The notes below the pieces were generated by a model. The model saw only the letters and a program-made list of their open reading frames with translations, was not told the DNA's origin and ran no database searches. This document shows positions 1 to 15,700 of a stretch of 64,000 bases of DNA, piece by piece (position 1 is the first letter of the stretch; each line of letters begins with the position of its first letter). The stretch covers positions 1,188,297 through 1,252,296 of the forward strand of contig NW_002060951.1 of assembly GCF_000150275.1 (NCBI RefSeq), written 5' to 3'. A program made the translations under genes and the position numbers. The DNA comes from Trichoplax adhaerens (Eukaryota > Animalia > Placozoa).

Positions 1-830
1 GTCTAACTGCTAGAAATCATTTCAAACCAGGTTATCGTAGTCATATTCACTACTGTAAAACTCAATAAATTAGAACTGAGCTCATCCAGTCGCTGACCAA
101 CAACGAATTTTCATTGAAGTAGAAGATAATAGTAATAATTTCTTGAGCTTGCATTCTAATCATAAACATCGACGTTGTTGAACGAAATCAGTCGTGATTC
201 GTTGTCATCATATCCACGTTCTTTATCCTAATGCTTATACTGTACTGCAACCTAATCATTGCAGTATCATGAATGATAATGATAAACAGTACTGCATACA
301 TATTCGTAATGCAGTATAAAGTTAATCGGCATGGATAAATCCGATGCATGGGTGTAGGGTTACATTTTACATGGCGATTAATCCAATCTGATCGAATACG
401 AAGGCCGATCAACAGCAAAGGACTTCATTTTCGTTCAAATCGCCAACAAGAGTACAAGGAATGATAAAAATTGATTTTTAATTGGCTTAATTCTGATTGA
501 TGACTGACGTAAAGGATGCCATGACGATGTGCAATAGTCTACCGGAAATCTTTTAGGCATCTTTTCGAGACAATTGCAGATTGAATGGCTAAAAATAAGT
601 ATACAGCGGTGTAAAAATGAATAAAATGAAAGTTGCAAATGGCAATTAATCCAAGATGGACAAATATTACTAAAAACTTGCATACGACTCTATTAGTCAT
701 GATAGTAATGCTGCAGCGCGGCTTAGCCATTTTTGCATAAATTACTTTAAAGGCTACGGCAGATAGTAATAAGTCATATAAAAGCTCAACACTATCAACT
801 ACTAGTCAATACGCGGATACGTATAGAACG
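1..830 (-). pseudogene. Probable decayed rhodopsin-like (class A) GPCR fragment with several stops and frameshifts
   Basis: Stitching minus-strand frames gives TM-like segments in GPCR order: YDLLLSAVAF (TM2-like DLL), VVCKFLVIFVHLGLIAI (TM3-like CK), WHPLR (ICL2-like), FLSFLVLLLAI (TM4-like), a Cys, then YAVLFIIII...LQYSISIRI (TM5-like). They are spread over ORFs 539..730, 435..683 and 188..418 in different frames. Motif-level resemblance only. Confidence 0.4.
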
Positions 831-2429
831 AGGCAATATCAATAAAAGAGCGTCAAAAGATAGCAAAAAAAATGACCTATTTTGACAAGTGGACTAATTA
901 TCACTGAACAAACAGATTTGACTTTACACACTTGATATGGCAATCTACTATACAATCCACTCAATGAATGATTAACTACAAGCCTATTTGAGTCCACATT
1001 TTACTGCTCTTAATATACGAATATTCTTATATCAGGTCAACTGGATTGATGATCATTACATTATCTTTATGACGCGTTATGCGGAATGGCTGTTAAAATA
1101 TTAATTATATTATTATTATTTATTTTTATTGGTAAAAGATATTTCTAGCCCTTCAGGCTTGTTGGAAATAATACACTGAATAATAATACATTTATCGATC
1201 GTTTTAATTCCATAAGAAATAATCGATATACTCACTAACACAATACAAATATCTAATTTTATTTTATATACATGGAATACGTATAAAATTTCAAATAAGT
1301 CGAGGTATGCGAAAAAATGTTGTCATGCGATATCCATGACTACAAGCATCCCTACATTATATTATTGCAATTTGGATATTCTCAAGTTTTAAAATAGAAT
1401 TAAGGATTAGAATAAAAGTAACGACCATTAATGTAATCCCTATCATACTGTCTTTTTTATAGTCAATAACATTATGAACTGTAGCATTTCTTATTGATAT
1501 AAGGATTAATCTTGTTATTCACGGTCAAGGAAATATCGTGGATGGGTATAGCAGAAATCACCGAATTACCTCATTTGTGATGCAATTATAAAGACGGAGG
1601 TCCTATCATTCCATCTACATGACATCAAAATCAGTCCATTGCTTGTTAATAAAAACGTTGCAATACTCCACGTAAATGAGCAATACTAGACATCAGCCAT
1701 AGTAATCAGACTAATTCGGGGAAAAACACGAAATTAATAGTAAAGGGGTTATAGGAGATTTTTTCAATGATTATGTTGCATTTCTTCCTTTCATTATATT
1801 ATTTTTTTTGCATATATTATATTATATTATATTGATGCTGTATTTCTTTGTTCTCTACACCTGTATTCAGGCCTTATTGTTTGATTTAGAATTCAAAAAT
1901 GATATTATACTCGTTCTATATTAAACTATAGAGGAAATTAAAATAGTCATCAGATGCTTTATGTTGGCTTTACTGACTGGATATTAAAAACACTTTTCAG
2001 CCATCAGCAACGCCATACCACCACATAGAACAACATTTCAATCGATCTTATAGCTGTATCGAATCTTGCTGTCATTAACTTAACATGTCTTATGACAAGT
2101 TATATCAAATTTAGATATTAAACTCATCTTTCCTGCTCAACTTGGATATTAATGGCTGACGAGAGAAAGTGTTATAACACTGGAATGAATTCAAGCTAAA
2201 AAAATCTTGTTTCCTAACGTATGCTTGCTGTAGCAACCTCGTGTTTTGCTAGTCAAAAAGAAAAAGGAGGAGTAAAGAAAAATTTTCCTTTGCCAGTCAG
2301 GTTATTTATACAACTGAACATCAAATGTTAAGTAAAAACTTCTGTACTTAAACTCTACGGTTGAGTATCAAAGTTTTAGAGGTAAAATTACCAGGTAGAT
2401 TAAGCAAACAAAACTGAGCATTAAAATTG

Positions 2430-5400
2430 ATGATGGCAGAAAGAAAGGAAAGCCAAGGAGGACTACCATTAAGCAAACGTATCAAAAAGCATAATCCGAT
2501 CAAATTACAAACTTTTGGAGAGCTAACAAAGGGATTGTTAAATTTTCAAGAATTGACAGCAACAACTACTCCTGTTAGTACTGCAAGAACTGCTGTTAGT
2601 GAAGCAGATAGTGGCCCTATTGAGGATGTCAAGCCATCCCCAGCCAGTATAAAATTAAGAGAACAAGAAAGGAATATTTCCAATAAATTGACACAAATTA
2701 AGAGAAGACTAAGCCTACAGAAAAGCCTTGAAACCGCTCAGGTACAATCAATTTCTAACTTTTTACTCTATGTTATACTACTTATTGTGTCCTACCAAAC
2801 ATAGAAATGGATTTCAACGTTATAAAATAAGACTACTGCGTTAAAAATCAAATCAAGATACGCACAAGGCAATAATTACAATATCTTACAATTCTAAGTA
2901 GTAATCATTATCAATTACATTAAATCAAAGCCAGTTCAAAGTAGCGTTAGTATTTTCCAATAGTTAATGTGATATGCTGTATATTTTTCGTCAAAGTTGT
3001 ACCTTGATTTATGCGTTAAGTGATCAATTAATGACTACTTCTCACTGATATTCTCAATCAATCGTTGATAAAATCACTAGCTATGAACGTTCAATCTATC
3101 GTATTAATTCAACCATTTCTAATTCGAAAGGCCCAAGGGGAAAATAAAAATTATTATTAAAATAAGGCAAATCAATTTCATCTGAACGTCATGATATTAT
3201 TATACTAGAGACTAATAGCGAATATCTATCAGCAACCCAATTAGTAACTTAATTAGATAGAGTAGCCATACAAAAATTTATATTAATTAATAAAATATAA
3301 TCCTAATACTATTCTATTGCAGTTCTGACAGAATATAAAAGTAAAAGCGAGGACACTATACATGATTATGCTATTTCTTGAACTAATTTTATCACTACTA
3401 GTCACTAGATTGCAAAAACATTGAACTTGGTTTAACAACTTCAAATAAAGTTGATGCAATCATTACTTAAACAGTCAAAAGTATTCCTATTTTCGATGTA
3501 TTATTATCTCTTTTATCATCAACGAGAAGATGCCTTAAAGGATCAATAATTTCTGTAGTAGATTTTTTTCTATTTCATTTGTAATTCTGATTTATTGTCG
3601 GCAACAGTGTCATTCTTCTATTTTTAATCCCTTGCCAATCCAAAAACTATCTAAATATTTTTCATCACTTCCATTTATATCATCATTGTTGAAATTAATT
3701 TAAAAACTACTTTGGAGATAGAATAGTTTGTAGCCAATTTTCTAAAATTCATTTTGGTATTCTTGTTCTCTATTGGATTCCTGCTCTTATTTTAACGTAC
3801 AGTAAAGATATTTAAAACGGCCTTAAAGCTTTTTATTATTCAATTTATCAAACTCCTTTCATGATACAGCATGAGTAAATATTCACTAAGTTACTTTATA
3901 ATTAACGAAAGTAACCAAGAACACCTATAGTCTAAACGAAACCACGCTGTCTTTTATTTCCATATAACAAAGTTTGCCTTGTTTACTTGTCGTAGTCATG
4001 CAAAGCGCTAATTAGAATCAAATCAAATCATCAGTTTATAGAAATTATTGATGCATAAAATAATACACTGGTTACTGCCATCTAACATAATAAGAGAATG
4101 GCAGAAATTATAGGGAAAATTTTTTAAATTATCTTCACCATATTTCTACTATAGCCTTAATCTTAATTTACATTCTAAAGACACTAGCCACCAAAGAGTA
4201 GCAGATTTTTATTACAGGCAACTGATAAAAATAGACCATGACCTTAGTTCCTCTTTAATCAAAAGAAGCTTTCCATATTTTGTTAGATAGAGTACAATTT
4301 GGTGATAGCAGCCTCAAAACTAGATATTACGCCTACGCTATCCTTATAGAAAAAATAATTTAGTTGTTATAGACTAGTATATTAGTTAGGATTAGTAGAA
4401 ATCGATATCCTATAAAAAATTTTAAAACTGAATTTATTTCATTTGCATTAGGATAGATTTAAGTGCAATACACCATCCTATTTGTTTAAATAATATTGAT
4501 TTATTCTCGTATATCCAAATCATGATATTAATATGGATATATATAATCCTATGCTGAATTCTTTATTTTCATAACTTGGCTAATAGCACAGCCATGTAGA
4601 TATTATTGTAGTAAATTCATATATTATTTTATCCTTCATGAGAATCTATTTCATAGTTTAATTCACATAATTATGTAGGATAAAAAAATTTTGATGTAGA
4701 AGAGCTAAACTTGAATGCATTCCACGATACAATTATATTCGCTCTATAAATATCTATTTTAAATACTTTCTTATGTTAGAGAGTAAAATTATTTCTTTAC
4801 ACGGACATAGCAATAATCGCTAAGTAACCTGTTCAAGGAGCTAAAATATTAAAAATATAATAGTATTGACATTGGAAAAGAAGATTAAGAGAATAATTTT
4901 ACCTGGATAGATATAGCACTTAAAATTTAAGTACAAATAGATAATATCATTTTGATAGTTATGACATTGAAACCGATTTAAGGTATAAAATTTGTGCCTA
5001 TAGATACGAATAAAATATAAAAGCAAGCTCTACATGAAGGATGTGATTAATTATAGCATCCGAAGATGAATATTTTTATAGACCACAATATTATAATCTA
5101 GATACATGGCAGTAAATATTGATCAGTGAATAAATTAATTAATTTCGCAATCCACTGTTTTGATACTATTCTTTAAAAGCTGATGTAATTTATAGTAATT
5201 ATCGTATTGCTTAGATTGATTCTGTTGAATCTAATGGGAACAATCAAATTAAAGTCGAAAATACGCCTAGTGAAACAAATTTAAGAACACCTACAAGTAC
5301 TACTGTGGCAACAGTCAATACAGATGATGAAACAACTACGTCTAACGTCGCTACCGAATTCAAAAATTGGCATCGAGAGGAATTATATCGAATGTTAACG

Positions 5401-8400
5401 TTAACTCGGCAAAAATTAATGAACTGTATGAACGAATTACGAGAAATTGAAAATTTATTAATTCCAACGATAATGGCTCCAAACGAATATAATCAAATGA
5501 TTAACGATAAAACAGAACTATTAATACACTTTGCAAAGGCTATCATCGATTTGATGAATCAACTAACAGTTAATTCTGAGACATCTTGCCCTAATAATTA
5601 TGAAAGCAATGATGTGATTATCAAAAAAATTCAGCAAGGGGAGTACAATGTTACTGAAAAAGACGATATCAATGACCAAAGTGGCCTATTAATAAAGTTA
5701 ATAACTGATATTAACCACAGTGTTCATTACCAAAATGGTCATGCTAATATTAATCCTTCATTCCAAGCAAATCAAACTGAGTATAAGGACTCACAACATC
5801 TAAATCATAATGGATCTATTCCTTCTCCGATGGCTACTAATGGTAGACGAGGTAATCCTACATTAAGTTCATTGGGTACAGTAATACACTTGGAATCGCT
5901 ATTAAAATTTAACTCGATTCTTCGATAATAATCTTAGTTAAAATAGCCAACCAGCCTTATCATTTTAACAAGTCCATCGTAGGAGTGTAATTACACAAAA
6001 CGTAGTATATAATTGCCGGTGGATATTTCGTTACTATATTTTATAAGCTTGTAATTATATATATTTCATGCTTTCAAATATTTTCAATTATTATAGACTC
6101 TAATGGCAATTGTTCTGATCGAGACATCGAGCAGCAAAGTAACAACAGCAATAAAGTAAGCTATGCTTAACTATACAAGCGAAACTATAGTATCTTTTTG
6201 AAAAAGTTTGGTTTTAAGCTAATCATAACCTTCTAATGCAACTAATTACAGTCCTAATGCTAGTCTCAATGCATTTTTTGCTTTAAAGATTAATCAAGAT
6301 GAAGTATTAAATGAAAGAACTCATCGTCACAGTCTTAGTAAGGAACCCTCAATAGATATTCCCAATGCAGATGAACATATAATGAGAAATGGCCATGCCG
6401 ATAATGCAGCTAAGACTATATCGATAGCGGATATTCAGGAAGAAAATTTAAATACAGATGGCGAAAAGGATTCTCAAAATAAATATTACGACATAGCGAC
6501 ATCTTCCGGCCTTGAAAAAGAAATGTGTAATGACTCTGTAACGATAGCAAACCTTAGCGACCATAAAGATAATGTTCAAGCACCAATGGATCTCCCTCAA
6601 GATCAAATTATTATAAATGGAAACTCCGATAGCTTAGAAATCAGGTAAATTTTTATCTACTAATTCTTGCAGGCATTCAATTAATTTCAGTTATGAATAA
6701 TTTACAATTAAATCTTAATTTAGATATCATAAATATTAGTTAGCTAGTTTTCGTAGTTTAAATCAACTATCTCGCGACTATTTATGAATTCTTACACATA
6801 CAACAAGACTTACTAACTTATCGAAAGGATTTATTTTCCGCTTTCATTCTTCTAACTTCGTGTTATTTAATTTAATTCTATAGAGATTTCATTAATCAGG
6901 ATTTTAAAGAAAATTTCCAAAAACTTGATGACCATTTAAATGAAATAAACATATTATCATCTTCTAAATTGGTAAATAAGAGTAATTTTTTAATAAGCAA
7001 TAGAAAATGGTATCGCTTATGTTAATAATCTTTAAAATAGTACCAGGAATGTTTTAATTGACAAAATTTTATTATCTAATAAATTAAATATAGGACGAAA
7101 TATTAAATCAACTAAGGAAGCAATGGTTCGAAGTAGTGCTAGCTGATAATTTGCAAATTGCTATGTTAAAACAATGGATAGAAGAGACCAAAATCAGTTC
7201 AAGTAAAGCCTTGAGTGTCATCATTGATATGCAAGACCTAAATGTAATTTTTCATTTCATATTTGAATATATATCACTATTCTAATCAAACTAACACATA
7301 ATATCGTTTCAATACATATATTTCACATCACTTAAATCTTACTAGAACCTATCCTTCTTTGCTAATATCTTAATCATTCTTATTAGGGAAATACACTTTT
7401 ACATCATTGTGTCCACAATAAGGAATTTGCCTTAGCTGAATATCTTCTCAATACTGAATTATGCCAAGCAGGCTTATACAATCAAGTGAGTTATACGTTA
7501 GCAGCTTCAAAATGTCATAAGCAATATAATAAAATCTAGAAACTATACTTTATTAGCTTCTAAAGATGGTAATTATAACGCCATCTGTCGTAAACATATA
7601 GTTTATTGTATAATACTATAAGATTCTGTAGGAACGTTGAAAAACTTATTAATTAAAAACAGTATTGAATTTCATTTGTCAATAATTAATATACGTTAAT
7701 TTTATTAATTGATTAAATGTAGTACGATAGAATCGATAAATGAACAATCGAATTTCCACAATAACATCTAAACTTTAAAATAAATTTATGTAGTCATATT
7801 AAAATTTAATTTCTAGTGAAATTACTGCTTGATACGATTTATAACTGTTATAACTAGATACCGAAATTTTTTAAATAAGTATGATGTTTAATGAGTCATT
7901 TATTTAGTATGATTAATGCCATGACCAAAAATCAATCATTTCCATTTGCAGCTCGGGTATACTCCAATTATGGTAGCTGCCTTATTCGATATTAAAAATG
8001 ACGACGAACGACGTATTATTATGAAAATGCTATCTCACAGCGATGTAGACGCTAAAGCAACAAAAGTTAGCAAATAATAAAATGAACTAGCTATTGAAAC
8101 TTGGTCGTAATAGTTTTAATCATCTTCTATTTCATATTATGTTATAGACTGGCCAAACAGCTCTAATGTTGGCAGCAGCACATAATAAAGTAATTTTTTC
8201 ACACCTACTAATCCAAGCCGGTGCCGATATCAATTTACAAGATAAGGTTAATTCTCTATCAAACTAATCGATGATCGTTATACTAATTGTCAAAATTATG
8301 AAGGAATTAATGTAGTTTAATAAAATTTTTATCTCAAAATTATGGTAATCCTAAGAGTATTTTAAATATATCACTAACATCTTTGACTTATGCTTGCAAT

Positions 8401-8844
8401 TTCTTAAAAACTGGCGAATTTAATAATTTTGAATATGCTATTTTTATCTCGTAATTAAAAAAGGATGGATCAACAGCTTTGATGACAGCATGCGAACATG
8501 GTCTAAAAGACATCGTTAAATTATTATTAGCTCAACCCAATATTAATGTTACTACTCTCGATTATGTAAGTGATTTTAAGTTGCCATTTGTCTGCATTCT
8601 ACGACCATAACAATAAGCTAACCAACGCTAAATTTTGAGTGCATTACAGCATATAAGATCGTAATTTGTAAAGTTTACTCATAGATAAAGCTAATTTTAT
8701 ACTCCTTCTTTCTAACATATTTATACATATCTTCTATATCAGGACAATTATGATGCTTTATCAATAGCCATGGGTAACAATTTCAAGGACTGTGGTATTC
8801 TTATTTACAGCTACATATCTAAAACTTCTAAAGCTCATTCTTAA
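2430..8844 (+). CDS. KANK: KANK-family (KN motif and ankyrin repeat) protein, 11 predicted exons
   Basis: Phase-compatible GT-AG exons: 2430-2741, 5215-5851, 6097-6155, 6289-6644, 6884-6971, 7094-7243, 7387-7485, 7952-8065, 8148-8246, 8464-8565, 8743-8844. The C-terminus matches the KANK ankyrin module: RKQWFEV...[16 protein letters not shown]...[11 protein letters not shown]...[20 protein letters not shown]...[22 protein letters not shown]...KLLLAQP...ALSIAM. Coiled-coil-like segments occur in exons 1-2. Confidence 0.88.
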
Positions 8845-11800
8845 TAATAAGCCATATCAAAAAATAATAAATTATTATAACAGAAAATAGTACCATTAGG
8901 TGAAAAATATAGGACTCCCTTCAATCATCCTTCCTCTATTACCTAGATAATATATGATTTATTTAAAAGCCACCGATGTAATCATTTTAAATACAGACAT
9001 ATTGATGACTTTTATAATTCCTACAAATTTAAAAACTAAGATAAATATTGTTGTCTAGTTTTATACTTTACTTTCTCCGCAAGACGATGATTTAGATTTT
9101 GAGCAGTATCATTTCTGGATATAATATTTAGACAGTAGTTTATATCACAACGAAGTTGTTATAACTTATATCGTGTAGCATCACGGTAACTGTTTCAACC
9201 GTAAATACAGATGAACTTTAAAATTAATTAGTGAATGTCTTTCCTTAATGAAATTAATTAAAAATAATTCAGTCTTTCACGATATCTTTTAATTAATTAT
9301 AGGAAATCTGCATATGTATATAGTCGTGTATTTACGGTACCTGCATTGCGTACATACAGTAATTATTGTCAGTTAAGTCAATAGCTGCTAAAATTGCTGC
9401 TGAACTTACAGAAAATGAACTACCTCAACACATTGCAGTAATTTAAAAATTACAATTACCATGGAAAGAAATATACGTAATTCAAGTCTAAGCCTCTATA
9501 TGTTCTAATAATAAGACATAACAAGTATATTTTATGATTGAAGGGCTATTTATTAATAATCTAGAAAGAAAAGTGACGATATCATTGAATTAAATTTGTA
9601 TGTGACTGACAAAATTAATATAAGAATAATAACTACTAAATTATTTAACACGATATCGAACATTTCCTCTTAGCCTCTACTACATATTGCTTTCATTTTT
9701 TAAAGAATTTGACTGATTGAGAAAAAATTATATTTAACTTACGAGAGGTCATTTGGTCTGCATTGAATTTCGCATTAATAAATTTATGTTTCATTCCTTA
9801 ATAGCCTTCCAAACATTATTTGAATTAAACTATGTTATCTAAGATCACGTTAATCAGCGTTTGGCTTACCAATCCAGTTAAGAAATCTAGTCACTTTGTA
9901 TTTTTAGTGGCAGTATAACCGATACCTATATCTTACAATGAAGCAAAGATTCAATTACTATTTCAGCAGCTTCGTTTCAGTTCTGATCTCATATATAGTA
10001 TCTACAGAACATCAAGATTTTTCATTGTCGGTAACAATAGCTACTACAATGGTATGCATTATAATTGACATTAAAAAAAAGTTAATCCTACACCTTACGA
10101 TATCATAATAATAATTCTGCTACTATATGCGAAAAAAGGTAAACTAGGCCAGAATTACTTTAGATTAACACTAATTTATTACTTCAGATTATCATTGAAT
10201 AAAATTGATTTCTTAACTAACGTGTACAGTATTAATAAAATAATGTAAAATAGGGATGGAATTAGTGCAAGAGTTAGTTAGATTAATCTTGTTTAATCAC
10301 GAAGGAGATGTAAGTTTCCACGTGCAAACGAGTAATTAAATCAACATATTTGTTGTATGTGGTAATCAATCTTTGAAAAAGATCTTACGTAGTTCGAGAT
10401 ATCAATCTAAATCAAATGACTACAGTATGTTATGTGAATACATAGGCTGCATGATTCAGTATATTCTTCATAAATGCCCCACGAAACATCACCTCTAATA
10501 CGAACATTGCATGAAACGATAGCGATAAAAAATATACTATGCAGAATAGCAGAAAGATTTATATATCATCTGCCGCTAGTGATTAGAATATTTCATGATC
10601 ACGATAATATATCAGCTTAGAGCATTTAGCGTGTAAGTAAACTGAGTTCCGGTTCCCGTTACAAGTTTGCACGAAGTATTAATTATTATTTGCAGGCGGG
10701 GAAAGTTTAATATTCATCACTTTAACTCTTAAATTTGCTCTCGGCATAGACTTACAGAATATATATTAGTATGTTATATTCAATCATGATTTTAAACAGG
10801 GAAAAAAGACGATGTCTTCCATTTTTTCTCGGAACACATATATCTACAGTAACTAATACCTTCGGCACTATCAAACAAAGGCTAGACTTTAATAATTTAT
10901 TATCCGTTAAGCCTATTACGGTAACAATAGCCGAGACATTTAGCTGCTTAAGTTCTTCATATAAGTCAGATTAATACTAATCATATCGACAATGTGGACA
11001 AATTCATATCGAAATAGTGAAATTACATTGCGAGCATCAACATTGAAGCGATTACCAGCTTAAATACGTCATTAAAACTGTGATCAGCATTTTAGTTAGA
11101 GCCATGTAGAAATAGAATCAATTTTATTTGCTTTTAAAAAAATCCGCCGCTAATGATAGCGATCCTTACTCATACGTGATAAATTATAATGTATAATGGT
11201 AATTTCACAACGTAATAGAGTAAATACATTAAACGGATGATTCGTATTCAGCATTGCGAACAAAGAGGTGATTTCTTTTCACAAATATTGATAAATTAGT
11301 ATTATATGTCTTTAAACTAACCCATCAATCAGTAACGCATTACTTAGAATCATGCTCCTTGCGTGATATCTTCACGTGTTTCTGTGACAACAATTTTCCG
11401 TTTAATGCTTAGCTCATTTTTTCGCTGATTTAACAATTCCTAATATGAAATATATCTCGGTGTTGTAAAGCTTATTCTGTAATAAGACCGTCTCTGATAA
11501 TTCATTTTGATTACATAACTTATCCTGCAAGTAGACTATAAATGCTAATTGTTAATAGGTAGATTTGCACCGTTAGACCGCAATAAGAGTCTATAGGGGA
11601 GGGCGAACAACTGTTCAGAGAGTTCCTTTCTTGGATAATTTACTAGGCGGTAAACTACCTCAAGACTAATAAAAATAGTTCTAAAATCAATACGCAAATA
11701 TCAATCGTAACTGTAAAGTTCATTCGCAGGAGTAAGTTGGTAACACTCGGCTACATCTTGATACAATTTCTTCAATTAACTTATACTTAAAGGTGTGTTT

Positions 11801-12673
11801 AAGACTGTCATAATCACTAGGATTGAAATTATTTAGTTTCTTTACCCATATGAGTAGCTAGAACCATAATTATTAGAATCAAATTACCATTTTTAATATA
11901 ACGTTAAGTGAATAATGTAAAGGTCATAAGCAGTAACCGCATAGATAGCAATGGTTATTTCAAGTTGCCCGTAGTTAAAATTCAATCATTCTAGCCTAAA
12001 GGAACTTCTTTGATACCACTACTGTAATAAAATCTTGATAGATGTATACTATCAGTTAGTTATTTGAAGTAAAATATAACTGGTAGGGAAACAAAGCAAG
12101 TTTATTTGCAATTATCATTGCGTTATATCAATTATTCTATTAAGCTACAGATGCATGAAAAAATTTTCTCCTATAGCAATATAAAGATTACTTAGCTTAC
12201 TTCGATGCTTCTAATAATTACTATAGCACTTTCTTTCCTACTTTCAGATAGATTAATTTACATTTTTGCCACTCCTTCAATTTTGGGGGTTTGCCGATCT
12301 ATTAATGAATCATCATCATCCATGGTTAAAACCAATCTATTTTTTCGTTGACAATTCTATTAAGACTTAATATTTACGAAAGGTTTAAATTTAATAGAGC
12401 AATCATAATCCAATCTACTCCAATGAAGCATAAAATAAAGATTCGACAAGTGGTATTTTCTATTTAAAACTTTATCGATTGGTGGTATGAGTTTACCGTT
12501 TACGCATGTCTTTAATTTAAAGCAAATATTTTTTACCTTTTCCCTTCAAGAATAAACATGCTCTTTTTGTGGTGGAAAAATAGCCCAGAATGGGTGGCAA
12601 CTTAAAAAATTGAACACTGCACTAATTCACTTGGCCATAAAATGAATCAATCAATCATACTCCCTCAGTCATT

Positions 12674-12680
12674 TATAAAA
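12674..12680 (+). promoter_or_regulatory. TATA box of the alpha-amylase gene
   Basis: TATAAAA starting 68 bp upstream of the ATG at 12742. Confidence 0.55.
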
Positions 12681-12741
12681 AGGCGATCACGTCCATTAGG
12701 GTTATCAGTCTTGCATCGAGTGATTTACCAATTTAGGAATC

Positions 12742-15700
12742 ATGAAGGCGATCTCAGTAGCTATCTTATTGCTTGCACTATCTTACTCTGCTAATGCAGG
12801 TCACAATGCCAACGCATGGCGAAACAAAGTCATCTATCAGGTAAATCCTCTAAAATTTACAACAATATTAATGTCGTCACTTCAATTAGGGAATAATCCC
12901 AATCTGCCTTCACTCATCTTGAGTTTTTCTTTACTTTACATATTTACTAAATTGCTGTATACTGTAGAAATTTAGAATTGCAATTGCCATAGATAATAAT
13001 ATTGCGTTTATACTGTCCTGGACAACATAGGCATCTATACAATAACTTCATTATAATTGCGTCCTCACGCTTTCCTAGTAACACTGGAATGAATAATTTC
13101 TAGCATTAAATTCATTTCAGATGTTAAAATTTTTAAAACCTTTGAGTTATTTGGCCATTTATTGGCCATTCATATTTCTTGCTCGGTTTATTACCGGTAC
13201 TATTTTTATTTGTAGTACATTATTTTATTCTTTTCAATAAAACCGAAATCTTCTGTCCCTGATTGATGGTCGAATTCCAGCAGATATGAATTCAGTAGTC
13301 TACCGATTCCTTTAATTTGAATTTGTAATACAATAAATTATCTACTCTATAATATATATCAATTTGATATCACCTATATTGGATTGCAAATAGAATAAAT
13401 TGGCCATGTAATAAGTTACCGTCGTCTAAAGTCGTATGTTCCTATACTTCTGACAATTAAATCATTTATATAAGCTACTTTGATACATTTTTATGATTTT
13501 TATCCAATGTACAGGTTTTAGTCGACCGTTTTGCCGGCTACAATTCTAATTCATGGAGCTCTTGTAAAGATTTAAAGGGTTACTGTGGTGGCAGCTTCAA
13601 AGGTTTAAAGCAGAAATTAGGATATATCAAAAATATGGGATTTGATGCCGTTTGGATTTCACCTGTTGTAGAAAACACCGATTTAGGTTACCATGGTTAT
13701 TGGGCTAAAGATATTTATAAGATTAATTCTCACTATGGTACATCTCAAGAACTAAAAGACTTGGTAAATGAGGCTCACAAGCAGGGAGTTTGGATTATGT
13801 TGGATGTGTAAGAAAAATATATTTATTCCAACTCTAGAATCAAGATAGCAATTGATAATACAAATAATTCAATCATTGTTTTGAATATATTAAAATTATA
13901 AACCGATAATTAAAGCTATTACTATAATTTGCCTTTATTTACTTTTTTAATCATGATATCAATACTCCTGTAGTGTTGCCAATCATATGGGCTATGGAGA
14001 CATTAGCACCTTCTACCCATTCGATCGTAATGAACATTATCACCCTGCCTGTGAAATTAACAACTGGGGTAACCAATGGGAGGTAATAATTTTTAGCATA
14101 TTGAATCCCTTTAGCCATATCCTCCATTCATGGAATCCTTTATACCTGATTTGTAAGCAGAGGTATATATCACCTTAACTAATTAACTGATTGAAATAGG
14201 TTGAAAACTGCCGTCTTGCTGGTTTACCTGATCTTAAACAAGAAAATAACTTTGTCAAAAATGAATTGAAATACTGGGTCAGCTGGATCGTCAAGGAATA
14301 TAACTTTGATGGTATTCGCATTGATACTATCCCAGAGGTTCGTTTAAAGACACATCCATTTTTATAGAATGTAATTAACAAATCTGAGTTAAAAAATTTA
14401 TCATCATATCAACCGATAGCAACTCTAAGCCTGTTTCAATATAGTACTTAGTACTCTTCCTACAGCCATAATTTATAAATCTTAGATGGTCATGCAATTA
14501 AATTATATCGATATTGAAGTAGACAAACCCAAATAGCTTAAAAATTTTTACTTCGTAATTTAAAACACAGTCTCATGTGTAGAATTACTAACCTGTAGAT
14601 TCCAGTTTGGTTCTGGTCTGAATTCCATACTTCTGCTAACGTTTTCACAATTGGAGAAGCTTTTAATGGTTTCGTAGACTATTTGAAGAAATATGTACCT
14701 CCTTTGGATTCAGTTTTGAACTACCCCATGTACTACGCTTTCAAAGACGTATACATGTACAAACAATCCATGACTAGAATCCGTGATGTCTTAAACGAAG
14801 AAGTAAGTTACTATATACGTGACTTTAACATAACAGATGTTTTAAATCGTATAAGTTGTAAATAGATATTTCGGTAAACTACAAATTCTATCATTTAACT
14901 CAATAAACTGAATAAGATTTAAGATATGGAGAGCATAGTACAGCACTTAATTGTGTAATCGGCGTATATATTTATGTAATGCTTAAAAGAGCATAATTTG
15001 ATTAAGCTAGGATAATATAAAACATAAATCATTATGACGAACGAAGTTAGAAGTATTTTTATTCATAGTTTCTCAAGCGGACAAATTAGCATTTCCAGCA
15101 AGAAAGCTTGGTGCAAGCATAACCACTCTTGACTTCAACTGATTGGGAGTATTTTTTTACTTTTCATTAAATTATAGTATAGCAAATTCTCCGATGTTCA
15201 ATTACTCGGTCTCTTCTTGGACAACCATGATGTTCCGCGTTTCTTGTACTTCAATAACGATTGGACTTTGTTGAAGAACAACTTGGCTTGGATCTTGCTT
15301 GGTGAGGTAAGACCAATAATCGACAATTTACATAGAACAGCTACAATACTTGCTCTCCAGTAAGCATGAAAAATATCTTGAACCAATTTCTATAAGACGA
15401 TTAGCGTTTTCCTCGTGTAAGGGTTTGCATATCTATTTCAGGGTATCCCAATTGTATACTATGGTACCGAACAAGCTTATGCTGGTGGTAATGATCCAAA
15501 TAATCGTGAATCTTTGTTTCCAAATTTCAACCAGAATCACTGGATGTATGATGTAAGTCATCTTCGTCAGATTCTATTCGTTCGGTGTAAATAGTTTATG
15601 TCAATCATACATCTTATAAAAATATTTTTAAGAATTACTAAAATGTCTTCTAATCACATAGATATAGTTATCAGACGTTACTTATAGTATATGCTTGAAC

